From Chrysomallon squamiferum (Eukaryota; Animalia; Mollusca), in contig CM022672.1 in NCBI GenBank assembly GCA_012295275.1, positions 26,908,001-26,972,000 on the forward strand: a stretch of DNA of 64,000 nt, read 5' to 3'. The translations under genes and the position numbers were made by a program. The notes below the pieces were generated by a model. It had not been told where the DNA came from and ran no database searches. It saw only the letters and a list, made by a program, of their open reading frames with translations. Shown piece after piece: positions 27,906 through 41,632 of this stretch (positions are counted from its first letter, which is position 1; every line of letters begins with the position of its first letter).

Positions 27906-30403
27906 TGCGTAAAATCACAGTACTCGGTGTACATGTGCATGTGATAGCCGGTATAAGGAGTGGCAAAGGGAAACGAAGGTTAAGAGGTTAAAAGGCTGAT
28001 GAGGAAAAGCATTCGGTAACATTCGTGATTTTCCGCTGCTTGTTGTTAGGCGAAAGTGTAATAAATAGTATGTGAAGACCTCTCACTTCACTGTGTTGCT
28101 GGCGCTTTCTCACAAGCGTTCAGTTTATTGACACTATTTTCTAAATGTAATTTGCAAGCTGTTCAAATTTCCCCATCTGAGCTCTGAACAAGCGTCAGAT
28201 TATTTTCTAATTTGAACATCGTGTAACCCAAGAGCGTGCCAATTACCGAGCACAAAACCGGACCGGACTACATTTCCGAACCGATTGTAAATTCGCTTAA
28301 TAGAGTGCGGACGAGGAACAAATTGCGTCCACAAGTCATTATAGATACAATTTGGACTGTATGCATAAATACAATGTGGATACTATGCATAATTAATGTG
28401 ACAAGCATCATAAACTGCCTTGGATCTGTCTGCAAATGTTATTTTTATGGCTGGCAATATAAAATATGCTTAAACAGATGTTGGCAGTCTTTAATCGTTT
28501 TCATTTCATTATTTTTTTATTTTTCTATTTATCAACTCAGGCTTCTGAAGAAAAAACAACAAAACGGAATATGTTTATGAACCATTTTAAGAAACAGGTG
28601 GCATCCTAATTACTGAATCATGGACTTTTTTTAACAGAACGTCAAAAATGAGCGAAACAATGAATATATAAATGAACTAAATACAACGCATTTTAATATT
28701 AACGCTTACACGTGTCAAAGATGATCTGAAAGATAAAATATGTTTCCAAATTAGCATTAAAAATATTTCTTTTCTGTGAAACTTCCCACCGACAGGAAAG
28801 ACCACACCTCGGTCTGTCTCAGTGAAATGACTGTAACATGAAATAACCCGGCGAAGGTTTAAAGACAACGAATCATTTTACAACAACAGTCCATCACTCC
28901 ACCACTGAGGTGCGCACCCCTTCCAACATAATGGAACATACAGCCTCGTTTTTATTCTTTATTATTCCATTTTGTACATGTTTAATTCATATCTGGTAAT
29001 ATAGTATGACAATAAAAAACTGAAGGATCTTCATAAAGTTGTAGAAAATGCAGGTTAAAATGGTTTTGGTATGGATGAAGTACGTATTTGTTGTCTTATA
29101 TTTTTTTATATATGAAATAAAATTATAATTTATGCGTTATTCAATTTCCTACACGTTATTGAACATACCTTTCATAGCAGCAGAACGTTTGTTATAAATA
29201 AATAAAAATATTTTAGAAGCAAAGTGATTTGAAGAAGCTTGCACGCCTGTGTTTGTTTTATATGTATTGATACAAGGGATTACGACTGCGGGAGACGTGT
29301 CAGCATTTACTCACCGAGTTTAACAAATAAATTACTGTCGCGTCTTTCAGTCTCGCGTATCTCAGTGACGATGGACCAAACTGGTCTAACACAGAATAAA
29401 TAAAAAATGAGTTTAGATCATATAATGATAGATGATAATAAAATCCACCAGTGGCTGTTTTTTTTTTGCATTTAAATAGACAACTTCAATATATCTTATT
29501 AACTTCAACATCCGAGTTCCGTGAGTTGGATCATACTGGTTTTGACAACTTCATACGGTAACAAAATAATTATTATAACCTAACCAAACTGGAAACAGGA
29601 TAACTATATTTCTTGGTATAACTGAAGATACAACACTAAATCCTACAATAAATGTGTCACAAATGCATTGTACTTGCAAACATCTTCTTAATACAAAAAT
29701 ATGTGGGTTTAAAAAAAAAGGGTTAAACCAAAAAAATTACTTCAAGGTTATGCGCCATTAACATGCATCACCAGTTATCAGCCAAACCCCATCTTCAAAT
29801 TAACAATAGAACCTTCAGAAGAAAAAAAATATGGATAAAACCAATGGGCGAAAAATGTACAAATATCCCAAACGTATCGCTATAATTGGGCGAATTGCGA
29901 CACGGCGCCTGCAAAGCCGATTTAAGCTTTGTATTGAGAAAATAATTTCCATGCAGAAACCAATTAAAACGGACTTGCTCGCAATACAGATGTTCCATTT
30001 CGCCAGTAATTGTGTTTGGACAGGAGAGCCAGCGAAACCGTACTCGACTAAATTGGAAATGTTGCACCTTTCAGCGGTGTGTTTTACTCACGTCGTTCGA
30101 CGTCAGGTCGGCTCCAACACAAATGACGACATGCTAAATCCCTTGTAATATACGACAATGCAAGCGCCTTGTAATTGGTTTTCATTATTTCAGGACACGT
30201 TTATATGTTATTAATCGTCTTTGTAGTAGCTGTGGACCTTTTCTCCTTCTTTCTTCTGCAGACGACTGCTTAGCAATTCCGTACGACAGGTACTACAACA
30301 AGGGACGGGAAAGTCCGTAGCGTCATATTTTAATAAAACATTTAATTAAAGCCACAAAGCCGCTGCAACGCCGCGGACCCAGTCAGCACATATTCTTACA
30401 GCC

Positions 30404-30604
30404 ATAATGAACCAATTATCCAGATAAATTGCGCCGACAAAAGAAATCAGAAACCCTCGCTGAACGAGTTTGTTAGGAAAGCTTCACGAAATACTTAATC
30501 AAACAAGCCGGGCCAATCTCCTATAATCTGACTCATTTTTCCATACAACTATAATGAACCAATTACAGGTTCTTTGTGTCCAAATGAAAATGGAAACCCT
30601 CGCT
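30404..30604. repeat. Diverged direct duplication with two identical blocks (ATAATGAACCAATTA and GAAACCCTCGCT)
   Basis: Block A lies at 30404-30418 and 30551-30565; block B lies at 30450-30461 and 30593-30604. Confidence 0.85.
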
Positions 30605-33600
30605 TTTAAAGAGATGTAGTGAGCCGAGCAAGACGGTGGAAATTATAGAACATTATCATTATACATGGATGCGAAATGCACCAGATGTACAGTGTTTCGA
30701 TGACGTGGCACAAATCTCAAGATCTAACGATACGCGCTGTTTATACTAACGTGATTCGTGTTACGTGCTCGAGTTTACTTAAAGTCAGAATGCACGTTAC
30801 ACACATCTCAAGGCGAGAACTAAAGGATATTGTTTGTAACTGTCTGGGTGTGTCTGCGATCACGGTGATAATAGTAACTGAACGTAAACTGAAATTTCTT
30901 TTGAAACTGTAACTTCTCATTGTTTGTCAGAGGAAACCGGGACAGTCTTGTTTATACTGATTATAAACAGGAAGTGTGCTCTCACTACAACATCACAATC
31001 TATTCATTTTTGTCACGGTCACATCTCCATAATTATTTTTTTATTTTTGTTGTTGTAGTTGTTGTTGTTACTGCTGCTGCTTTTATTATTATTATTATTA
31101 ATAGTATTTATTATTATTATTACCGCATGACCACATTAACGGAGATGGTATATAGGCTATAGCAACAACAAAAAACCACAGAAAAAAACAACTCCACACC
31201 CATATATATCTCCTTACAATCATTTCTCAAATGACTCTTTGCAAAATAACCTCATTTGTTGCTGAAATGCAAATTGGAAAATCCCCATGACTTCTTTTCA
31301 TTTCAGTTCGATTCAATTTTAACTTTGAACAAAGAACCAGTTAAACGAAACCAAATTAAACTGTCATATTTTGCAAAAGTAATTTCGTTTCGCTGAATAC
31401 ATTAGCAACGAGTTATCTCCATTTGAACGTTATCAAAGAAGAGTTCCCGCCGAGAATCGAGGGACTGAGTCGGCGGGATTATGTAGGTCCAATTAAATCA
31501 ACGAAAGAGGGCTAATAACATATTCCAACAATGGCCATCCAAGCCCACGGGGTTATGTCAATGGATAAACGATAAGCAGGCCTGTGCTGTAGCCCTGCAC
31601 TCAGAAAAGCAACGAGTTGTGGTCGACTGAGAGCGAGAGAGAGAGGTGGCGTTTATCAGGCCTCACAATGCACTCAACTTTGAAATAAAATATTAAAATA
31701 TAAAAAAAGAAAATCACCGTGAGATTACAATTCAGAGAATAAAACACCATTCAGACCATAGAAATCTTTCATTTGTAAGATTTCAGATTTCTGTAAGTTT
31801 TCTTTGGTGAGAGAGAAACATTGGGGACATTTGTAAGATTTGTTGTATTTTCTTAGGAAAAATCATTTCTCTTTTTGAAATCGGTGTGTGTACTCAAGCG
31901 ACATTTTTTTTCTTCTTTTTATCCCCGGCTACTTCACACTAAGATTACTGCTCGGTCAATATACTAAATTAGATGTACGAAAGACTTAACGGCACCCGTG
32001 ATTGGCTTCACTTGTTTGTGTGGTTGATTTTTCCCACACTATATCCTAGATAACCGCCGAGCCTGTTTGATGGGTGGGAATTCCGTTTACTCACTGCCAG
32101 TCTGCTATGTCAGTTACTCGGCGAAACGATCTTTATTAGATGTCGGTATTCAATGATAGCAAGCCCTCTAATATTTGCCTTCTGATATTTGTGTTCTTGT
32201 ATTTGCAAAGGAAAGCGCTGGTTACAATCAGTGCCGCTTATTGTTCAGAGCAATCTACACGTGTTTGACTAACAAATAAATTATGAGCAACACCGAACGG
32301 CCGAAAATCAGTGCAGCTTTTAATTGTCTCAGTTTTAAATTAGTTCTAAATAATAAAACGTTAATGATATAATCTAAGCTTCAGCTTTAATTGTTTCAGG
32401 TTTGTTAGCCAAAACAAAATTTAAGTTGATGCTGTGATATAAACTACAGTTCTATCTATAGATAATTATAGGTGTCAGATACACTATATTTAAACACTAT
32501 CATTATTCCACTTTTGTACTGCATTGGGTCATAACATGGTCAGACTGTTCTTTTAACGACTGGTATGTACAACGTTTGATACTGACTGACAAACAAGACA
32601 TTTAAGGGAAAATGTAATTTTAGCATACCGATTTTTCTTTCTAATCGATCATTCAGAAAATGAATCTAACACTGGTTTGAAAAGACGACAATGAGCCCCA
32701 AGATTATCATACTTCACAACCTCTAACTGGTTCTTGTTCTAGATACGACAGCCTTGACAGCAGGTTTCCAATTATCACTGAACAAAAATAACTCTGAATA
32801 CAAAACTCAAATCATCATTGTGACATACTCAGAAACTACATTAATCAATCAGCCCAAGCCTCTCTGCAAAATATTTATTTGCATCCACTTATTTATTTCG
32901 CCATTCAAACCATTATTTTTTTTTTCCTTCCTCCAGTTCAGTGTTCAACAGCTGGTATATCGAATAGCAAATTAAGTGGCATTGGCTCTCTTTGTCACCG
33001 GGTAAACAGAAGCAAATGTTGCTCTATAGAGTTCTATTCTTTCCCATGAACGTTTCACAATTACCATTTATTAGTAACACAATAACACTGTTGATTAAAA
33101 TATTGTGCCGTTAAAACGCCTTGTTCTTTCATCAGCTGTGTTACTGGTGTAATGATGAAATTTAAGCCGGGTGTACTCGCCTTGTTCTTACAGCTTTTAA
33201 ATTGATTGTTCTAGCGTTTAATTTAACTAGAAAGCATCTGGCGCCAAAGACGCGTTTTATTCCGCAGTATTTGTAGACTGTATGCAAAATACTTGAAAAT
33301 CGGTAGGGCACAGCCAGTGACCGAGTTGTTTCTTTTTATTTTTTGGTTGCCGTTTTTTTCAGACTTAAAATAAATTTTAAAAAGTCTAGAAATTTGGTCA
33401 CTTGAAAACGATGTGTAAAATAAACAAACCAGAGCCCAAATATATGGTACGTAAAAAAAATTAATAAGAAATATGTGTAGAATTTGTATAAAAAATATAC
33501 TCCATATATTAAAATGAAAAAGTAAAAACGGGTAACAAATGAAGTAGCAAGTAAGAACGAACGAAAAGAAAAGAAAAACGAAGTCCATTTCCACAATTTT

Positions 33601-33698
33601 GAATTAATTTTGTAGAAATAAAAAAGATAAGAAATGTACATATATAAAGAAAAAATGAAATGAACATTTTACACTTTAAAATAAATTAAATGACATAC

Positions 33699-33975
33699 CT
33701 GATGTAGTCGTTTCGACACAAAATCATTCCAGCTTTTGTAAAACAAGATGTGCCGATTTCTCCCAGTTGTGCTTGACAACACGAACATTTGAGGCAGCCA
33801 GTGTGCCAGTATCTGTCCAGTGCATGAAGAAGAAACCTGTCGAGTATTCTAGCTCCACACCCAGCACAGGCTTTCACTGACCCGGGGCCCCCGGGCGTTC
33901 CGTTCGAGCCTCCTGAAGAATTTGTAGTTTGTGAAACGAGGCCGCTGTTCATTCCCATATTGGCGTCCGGACCTC
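33699..33975 (-). CDS. LMO4: LMO4 coding exon 2 (Ser/Gly-rich linker and first LIM domain)
   Basis: Acceptor gttatttttgcag|GA GGT CCG GAC GCC AAT ATG and donor TAC ATC AG|gtatgt. Encodes KACAGCGARILDRFLLHALDRYWHTGCLKCSCCQAQLGEIGTSCFTKAGMILCRNDYIR. The CSCCQAQLG.IGTSC.TK.GMILCRNDYIR stretch is characteristic of LMO4 rather than LMO1/2/3. Phase 2 joins exon 3 in frame. Confidence 0.97.
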
Positions 33976-35399
33976 CTGCAAAAATAACAAAACACGTTTC
34001 AAAACAAGAAACAAAAACATCTTTTTAGTTAGAAATTAGAATAGAACAACACTAGTATTCTTCTTTCTGCATCCATTAATATACAGGTTTTCTTGATCGT
34101 GTTGGGATAGTAGTTTTATTTTATGTGCTTTTAATGCTGGAATACAAGGATGATGGAACTACAGAGTTTGTATAATATTAAACTAAGTTCTTATTGTAGT
34201 TTGTCTATGAAACTGTTGCTAGCTTTACCTATCTACTTATTATTGTATAACAAAGTGATAACAAGAATTATGACACAACAATCTTGTTAAAATTTGTCAG
34301 GATACTGTTTTTCCACGGTTAATGACAACGACGATGATGATGATGATCATTATTATTATTATTATTATACGCAATAACTATTCCTTGATGAAACACTAAT
34401 GCCAATAATATAACGTCGCATGAAATTTCATTATGTAGTCATTACGTACCCGCATAAGAATAATTACTCTGTATTCTCGCTAACTGATGAAACCATTAAC
34501 TATTGATAACGTAGTGGACGTTGGCATTACAACCAATTTCTTTATTATTAATTATTAATAATACGGTTCACTATAACGGGCAGGGAGGATGGATGTAAAG
34601 CTAATATAGTATTAATTAATTACAGTACAATATTAAACTCACGATCACGTTTTACCATGGGTTATCATATATTTTTCTTCTCTTCTCGTAATTTTTTCTT
34701 TCTTTTTTTAAAGCAATTAGTAGTCCGGATATTAAAAAACAGTATCGTTCTTACAGCGCTATACAATGTATGATAAATGGCAACAAAAGCACATAGCTGC
34801 TGGAGAAGGAAGAAGTGACCGGATATGTTATATTGGATTTGCCAAGATATTGCAATTACAGATTCAGTTTCTGGTCTGGCCGCTTCAGCCATTACTCGTC
34901 TTGTTTCTCTGCTCCTTCGTTCGCCAGCCGCAGTTCCTTGGGAGTCGTAACATTATTCGTCGAAATTGCTTGTACCAATGTAATTTGATTCCAAAGATTG
35001 CAAGGTAATTTCACAGTAATACGCTTTCATTGACCTCTAATTTAGAACATATTCCGTCCAATTCTTGCCGCCAGAACAAGAGAAGTGTCACATGCAATTA
35101 GAAGTAAATCCTCGGAAATGAGAGGATTGCAAGAGTCAGAGCTTTGTACTCGAGATGAGAAACCTGGCTCAGCAATTAGTGCATCTATTTCGGTTTCTTA
35201 TTATGTCGCGATAACAACAAGCTCATATGGCCCCGGCCTCACTTCAACCTGTTCGAACCGCAATGAGCCCATCAAAGCTCATTAACAAAGACAAAGAAAC
35301 CGTCTGTGTCCACTTATCTTGTCAGCGAAAAACACGATGGTTTGACGTGCGAGTGGCTGGGGCGAATAAGTGGAGAAAACAACTGAAAGGAATATTACT

Positions 35400-35560
35400 G
35401 GCCGCTGTGGCTCAGTGGTTAAGGCGTCGACTTTAAGACCATTTTTAGGTGACTAAGGATATACAGGAGCAACATTACTTTTTAAACTGTATTTACTAAT
35501 TCTCTCTCTTGAACAGACAACTCGGACTGCTGATTACATGCCCAAGTCATGGTTAAACTA
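35400..35560 (+). mobile_element. Degraded tRNA-derived SINE-like element (5' head)
   Basis: GGCCGCTGTGGCTCAGTGGTTAAGGCGTCGAC is a tRNA-like acceptor and D-arm with Pol III A box (TGGCTCAGTGG, 35408-35418), but there is no intact T-arm/B box or 3' acceptor strand. The 3' boundary is approximate. Confidence 0.5.
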
Positions 35561-38107
35561 TAGACTTAAATATTGACATAGTACGTGTACTGAGCTAACT
35601 GCTGATATACATGGCCATTAATCTTTTCTCTTGTTATTAATACAGTAACAAGTCTGACAAGTCACAATGAAAGCGCGGCTGAGTTCTGAATAAAACGAAG
35701 TTCGCTTTCTTGTAACAGCTATCTTGAAAGGTCAGTGATGATAATAATGATATTTATCAATGTGGCATGGATATTTTTTTTTTTTTTTTTTTTTGAATAT
35801 TGTTGTTGGGAGGAAAAAATTATGTTTAATAACTATATTTAATGTGTTTATCAGTCGATATACAAAGGACATATGCAAATAAGGAAACTCGTTTTTATGA
35901 CAAGCACCATCAGTTTTATTACGATGTTTGTAATAAATAAAACTTTTGTGACGTAGATGACAGCCACGTTATGTAATTCAAATGTACCCAGTTTTAAACT
36001 GTTTTTTTTTTTGTTTTGTTTTTTCTTGTTTGATTATTATTATTATTATTAAATTTTTATATTATGTTCACCGGATCAAAATTTAAAGCAGTCCGGTATT
36101 TCAGACAATCTTCAGGCTTTTTGTCGAAACACAAACAAATATCTAACTAAGCAAGACGTCGTTCCTACAGCCTCACTCTGAATAAAACCGGGTACATACA
36201 ACGTCGTGCCAAAAGCCTCTCTGCAATCGTTCCTAATGTTTCTAAATGTGAATAAATCATTTAACCAAAAGCCATTATGTCTGCCCCTGACATCTATAGA
36301 ACACGCACACCTTTTAGAAAAAAATAAAATAAAGCTCTTTCGTACACATTTGTATTTGAATAGGATCAGACAACACTAGTCAAAGCAATCCAGCATTTGT
36401 TAACAATGGTGTAGGCTGACTTAATTTACATATTTTAGGGATTACACATCCATGAAAACTGGTCCAGGAGACACTTCGTTTTTGCCATAGATTACTTTCA
36501 ATTCGAATTCCACCATAATTTTTGTTTTAAAAAGGTGAAATATAAAGATGAATATCACTCTTCTCCATATGTGTCTTGACTTAGGCTGTCGCGGGTACTT
36601 AACTCTGGCAACGGTAGACTGCTAGGACCATACTGAATACTGATATAACGAAAACGTATTTTGTAATAAATCGTTTAATGTTATTTATTACACAGTAATA
36701 ATCTTGACAGTTCTATTCAAATTTTAAACTGTATTTTGTACTAGTTTCGGAATACAGGCAATATATGTGATACGATCATTCACTTTTTTTTTCTTTTTTT
36801 TTCTCTTTTTTTTTTTTTTTCTAACCAGTATTCTAGGAAATAATGCAGAAAGCTAAATATATAGTGCTGGAATGGAGGTAATGGACTGCATTTCCAACCA
36901 ACAGTAGCACATTTTACAGTAATGGTATTTTGACACCTAATAGGAACGGGATACTCCATGTGTGCTGTGATATCGTTAAACAATCATTTCTTTTCTCGCT
37001 GCCTCTTTCATAAGGACTGTTTTTAAGACATCTGGCTTATTGCAGGCAATTTGATTGAACGCCGCTGTTTTAGGTACTTGCATTGAAAAGAATTGTATTT
37101 GCATCGCTCCATGGGCATTACTAAAGAAACAGCGGCTATCTACAGCATGATATATTACTCGCTAATGAATAATGATGTCTGCTCAAATGACATTGTCCTC
37201 GAGTTTTCATCTGCGGATTTCCTATTAGGAGTATTCCTCTCTGTCGAACGTCTTTGATGATGCAAGATAATGCCCGTTCATTTTCAGCGAATATCTTCTG
37301 ACACATTGGTTCTGACACTGATTTACCAGCGGATGGGATGAACTTTTTCATCAATATAAATCAGCACTGGACAGTGGTCACTTTGTTAGTGTTACAATTT
37401 GTATAGTTTAAGAGATACGACAACTCCAACTCGTATAGGAATACGTTTTAGTTTTAAATCAATGTTCTAACAACATTTGAAGACAATATTTAAAGTGCAT
37501 TTACAAACAGAACATATAATAAACAGAACTCGATCCTTTTAAGTCTCCCATTGGCGAGAGGAAAGATTGAATATTAGCTTAACGTCATCTCCATCATATT
37601 TAAATATTTAAAGCATGTAGTTTTAGAACCATTAGAGTAGGAGAAAAGAAACACAAAGCCATTTAATCGATGAGTATCGAGGAATTTTTTAAAAATAAAA
37701 ATATTTGTAACTTGTCTTTGACTGGGAAGCATATACCACTGTTTTTAATCTATTTGTTGTAGGGTACTGACTGTTAATGGCGAAATTAGAGAGAGACAAA
37801 CGACGTTTTTAACTGAAATCTATTTTGGTGACAAACTAAATTTATCCGCAGGTTAGCCGTGACCTTGGACTTACAAAACGTAACAAAAGCCCCTCTAAAT
37901 ATTCTGTGTCGACTCTGAAAGCCATGATAATGTTTAATGGCGCAGATGCATTAGGCGTTGTCATTAAAAAGATGTTAATATTCCTAATTGATTTTACTAA
38001 GCCGCTACTAGAAGCTTTACTCTAATTGCGTGTATTGATAATGAAGTAATTCTGTCTAACAGTCCTTTCTCCAGTCCTGACGCATAATGGCGGGATGACA
38101 CTGCGGC

Positions 38108-38187
38108 GACTGAAGGTTTTGTTAAGTGCCTTTGAGTCGGATTTTCTTATTGGTCACGGGAACGTAAAGGGCGGAAATCTGACCAAT
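38108..38187 (-). promoter_or_regulatory. Candidate internal LMO4 promoter (inverted CCAAT pair, GC box, initiator)
   Basis: ATTGGTCA (38149-38156) and TGACCAAT (38180-38187) flank GGGCGG (38169-38174). A minus-strand initiator-like TCAGTC lies at 38108-38113, with a GTAAGT donor at 37874-37869. Confidence 0.4.
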
Positions 38188-41100
38188 CACGAATAGTGTT
38201 TTTTTTCTGTCACCTAGTTTTCATTAAGATCATTTAAAAGAGACGGGAGAAAATGAACAAACTGAAATAGGATCGATTGTGTGACGAATGAAAATAATGG
38301 TCATAAAAGATGAGCTTTTTAATGAAATTGCTTCTACAAATAGTAAAACTGTCTTGATGAAAATTGTAATTACATAACAAGAACATCAAACTGCACTAAT
38401 TTATATCTTTCTATTGAAGCTATATTACATCGAAGTATTTTATGTTAAATAATAATTTATATCTGTTGTTATGACAATATGAATATTTGCCTTAGTTATA
38501 GATTTATTTCTAACACCAAACTGAAACCTGGTTCAGTATGCGAAATGAATAAAACTGAAAAAGAAAGTATCCTTTGAACGAGTTCAATCAAACACACAAC
38601 AAAGATTCAGTAGTGAAAGTAAGCAGCAAATGGTCGTAAAATAAGAAATAAAATTAGTTACATTTTGATTCATCAGTCACTTTGCGATAAACATGTTGCT
38701 CTTCGAATAAAGCCTGGGTTCTGTCAAATGATTACGAAAAGGTAAATCACACAGCACAAACGGTTTACACAAAGATATCCGCCGATAACGAATGAACAAG
38801 ATAAACTATAATCACTGAAACAGAAGAACTTAACAAATACATGCACTAAGAACCATTACGTTAGTATATCATATTCTTTTTCTCTTTTTTTTTTTTTTTT
38901 TTTTTCTTCCTGTAGTATCAGTGCACTTGTTGAATCCTAAATATGCAAGGCATATTTAAATATGGACGGAAGTGTATGAAAAGATTACGGCTGTATTTTG
39001 AAATGGGTTAACTTGGCTGTTCGGTCGATAACGATAGCTGGCGTCTAAAGAGTGCTCGGGCTTGACAAACTGGATGCAAAGTACGTGTCAACACAACATC
39101 ATCAACCGTTTCCTTTCCCTGCCACTGCTACTTCGACAACTTCGATCACATGGCGCTGTGTTTAACATCTGCACAATCGCTTCATAATATTAACGTAATC
39201 ATAATACGACATGTTTTTTTTTTGTCTTTATTCTTAATCGAAGCAAATTTCTGTGGAGTATTGTAAGGTATCTGAGATAGTTTTGTCTGTGTAAAAAATA
39301 CCATTAGTGTACTAGATACATTCGTTATATTCAAGAATCCTGTTGACTAAATGTAGTAAAACATTATGATTTGTATACAACAGAAAATAAAATAAACATT
39401 ATATATATTTAAATATTTTGTTTTTGTTTGTTTTTTAAATTGTTATATTGTCGTTAATATGATTTAATCATTAGAATGGTTTGCATGTTAAAACCAAAAT
39501 ATTTTTATTCAGGTAATTTTTATCTGAATAGCAATATACGCATAGACTTGTTGTACATGAAAACGGTTTAATGACCTAAGTTTTCTAAATCCGTCACCAC
39601 TGTCATAACTGCCAACCTGACAAGGAAGTAAAACTGTGAAATCTAGACTTGGAAGTGTCGCTAGTTACAAGGTATCGGTTATTATTAAAAATTTAGAAAT
39701 TTAGATACTGAATGTTCGTATCTTAAAATTACTTTATCATCCATTTCTTAGTTCAAAGGAAAATGAATAAAAACGCAGGAATGAAATTAATTATTCATAT
39801 TTAATGAAAACGTATGCTGAAACATGACGATTTGAATAAATGTGTCGATTAGTAGCAATGAGTCGTTTACAAACCTCCTTCCTCGATGTAAGAGATGAAG
39901 AGAAACAGAACGAGAGAGAGATGCAGAACGAAAGACGCCAGCAAAACACGTTAAATTATATTTAATTATTTTTCATCATACATTAATCTCGTAGTGCAAT
40001 GGAAATGTCATTATTTTGTGCAGAAACATGTTATTAACAATCTGACGACGCTTGGCTGTACACTGAATTTGTTAATCAGTGAATCAGCAGTGCTATAAAT
40101 TACGTACGAAGCAGCTGCTGGAACGCAGCCATTAATTCATGATGGGATAAGCGTTATCAGATTACTAATTACATGTACATAAATGATATATCCCAAATAT
40201 TCTTTTATGTACACACACACACAAAGACGTCGAGAATAATAAACATTTACAATACACACATACTGATAGACAAAGTGACATAGTGACAGACAGAGAGATA
40301 TTCATAGAGATGTTAGATAAGTGCAATAGACAATCATTATAATATCGAAATCTCTAAATATATAAATATATAAATCTGTAAAGACGTACAAGTATTTGAA
40401 ACTGGTGCTAGGGTAAAACCCTACACTTAGCTGAGCCTGATTTGGGATAACTCCGTATTTTGTTTTTAACCCTCAGATATCTGTATTAAAATCGGGTTTA
40501 GAAGGGTAAGGTTTGCGGGACTGTTTTAATATATTTATTATTCAGCAACGTAATCTAAACATTATTCAGTAAAGTAATGTTATACGTATGACATGTATGA
40601 TGTGTATTTGATACATTATAAATAGAAAAATATTGATTTAATGCTAATTTCAAACGCATTACTAAATAATTCAAATTTTTACCTGCTTATATATGTAAAT
40701 GTTTCCAGTCGAAATTTTTTGAATACCACTGTAAACTAATTATAGTTATACATGAAGTATTTAGTTATTGTTTTTTTGTGTGTGTGTGTTTTGGTCAAAT
40801 ATTTCATTTATTTTTTGTTTACACCGGCTTTCTCGTCTTATTATATATATATATATATATATATATATTTTAAAAATTTTGCCTACACCGTCACTTAATA
40901 TTTAATAAAAATCTCCCAACAATATAGTTACAATATTTCACATTCGTCCATTAAATAATCAAATAATGCGAAACAAAATATTCAACTTATTACTACATTT
41001 TTTTTCCTATTAAAAAAAAAAGAAAGAAAAAAAGAAAAACGAAAACAACCGACAAAGTCTCTTTAACAGTTAATATCACCTCGAATTTCAATTACTTCAC

Positions 41101-41629
41101 TGGTTGTAGTGGAGGGGGTGAGTTGGGCGAACGACAAGAAACATGGCCAATTATCTTGCCTTACTGAAGCACGTTTTATATTAAACGGGTCCTTTGTACG
41201 ACATCCAATTAAAGGCAACATTAACATGTCGGTCCTCTCCGAGTGTTTATGGCGAAGGACATTAATAATGGAGATAACTTTAATCAGGTAGATTCATTTA
41301 CAATGTGGCAGACGGTGCTTTTAGGAAGGAGAATATGTAAAGAGGGGGGGAATAATTACATTGGAAATACGATCCAAAATAGTTTACCCAATTCTTTTGC
41401 GTTCATTGTGAGTAATAATCCCGACGTAAGGCGAGCTATGAAAATGAATTCTTCCATGGTATAGTAGTTTTATTATCGAACACAGAAAGAAAACATCTTC
41501 CCTTCTTCCTTTGTTGGGGTATCTCGACATTTTGGAAATCTGATGCAGCTGGATATCTTTTTAAATTGAAATAAAGCCTTGGAGGTTTCTTGATATTTGT
41601 GATCATCTCTGTCCTTTGTTGATGATGAT

Positions 41630-41632
<3 letters not shown>

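Noticed and set aside
17561-30148. Roughly 100-140 aa ORFs in intronic islands (17561..17878, 22950..23270, 26159..26581, 28236..28580, 29831..30148)
   Set aside because: No recognisable domains or consistent splice phases; better explained as chance ORFs in GC-richer non-coding islands.
35400-35475. Possible tRNA gene
   Set aside because: Only the 5' half is tRNA-like; there is no T-loop GTTC motif, 3' acceptor strand or proper cloverleaf. Called a SINE relic instead.
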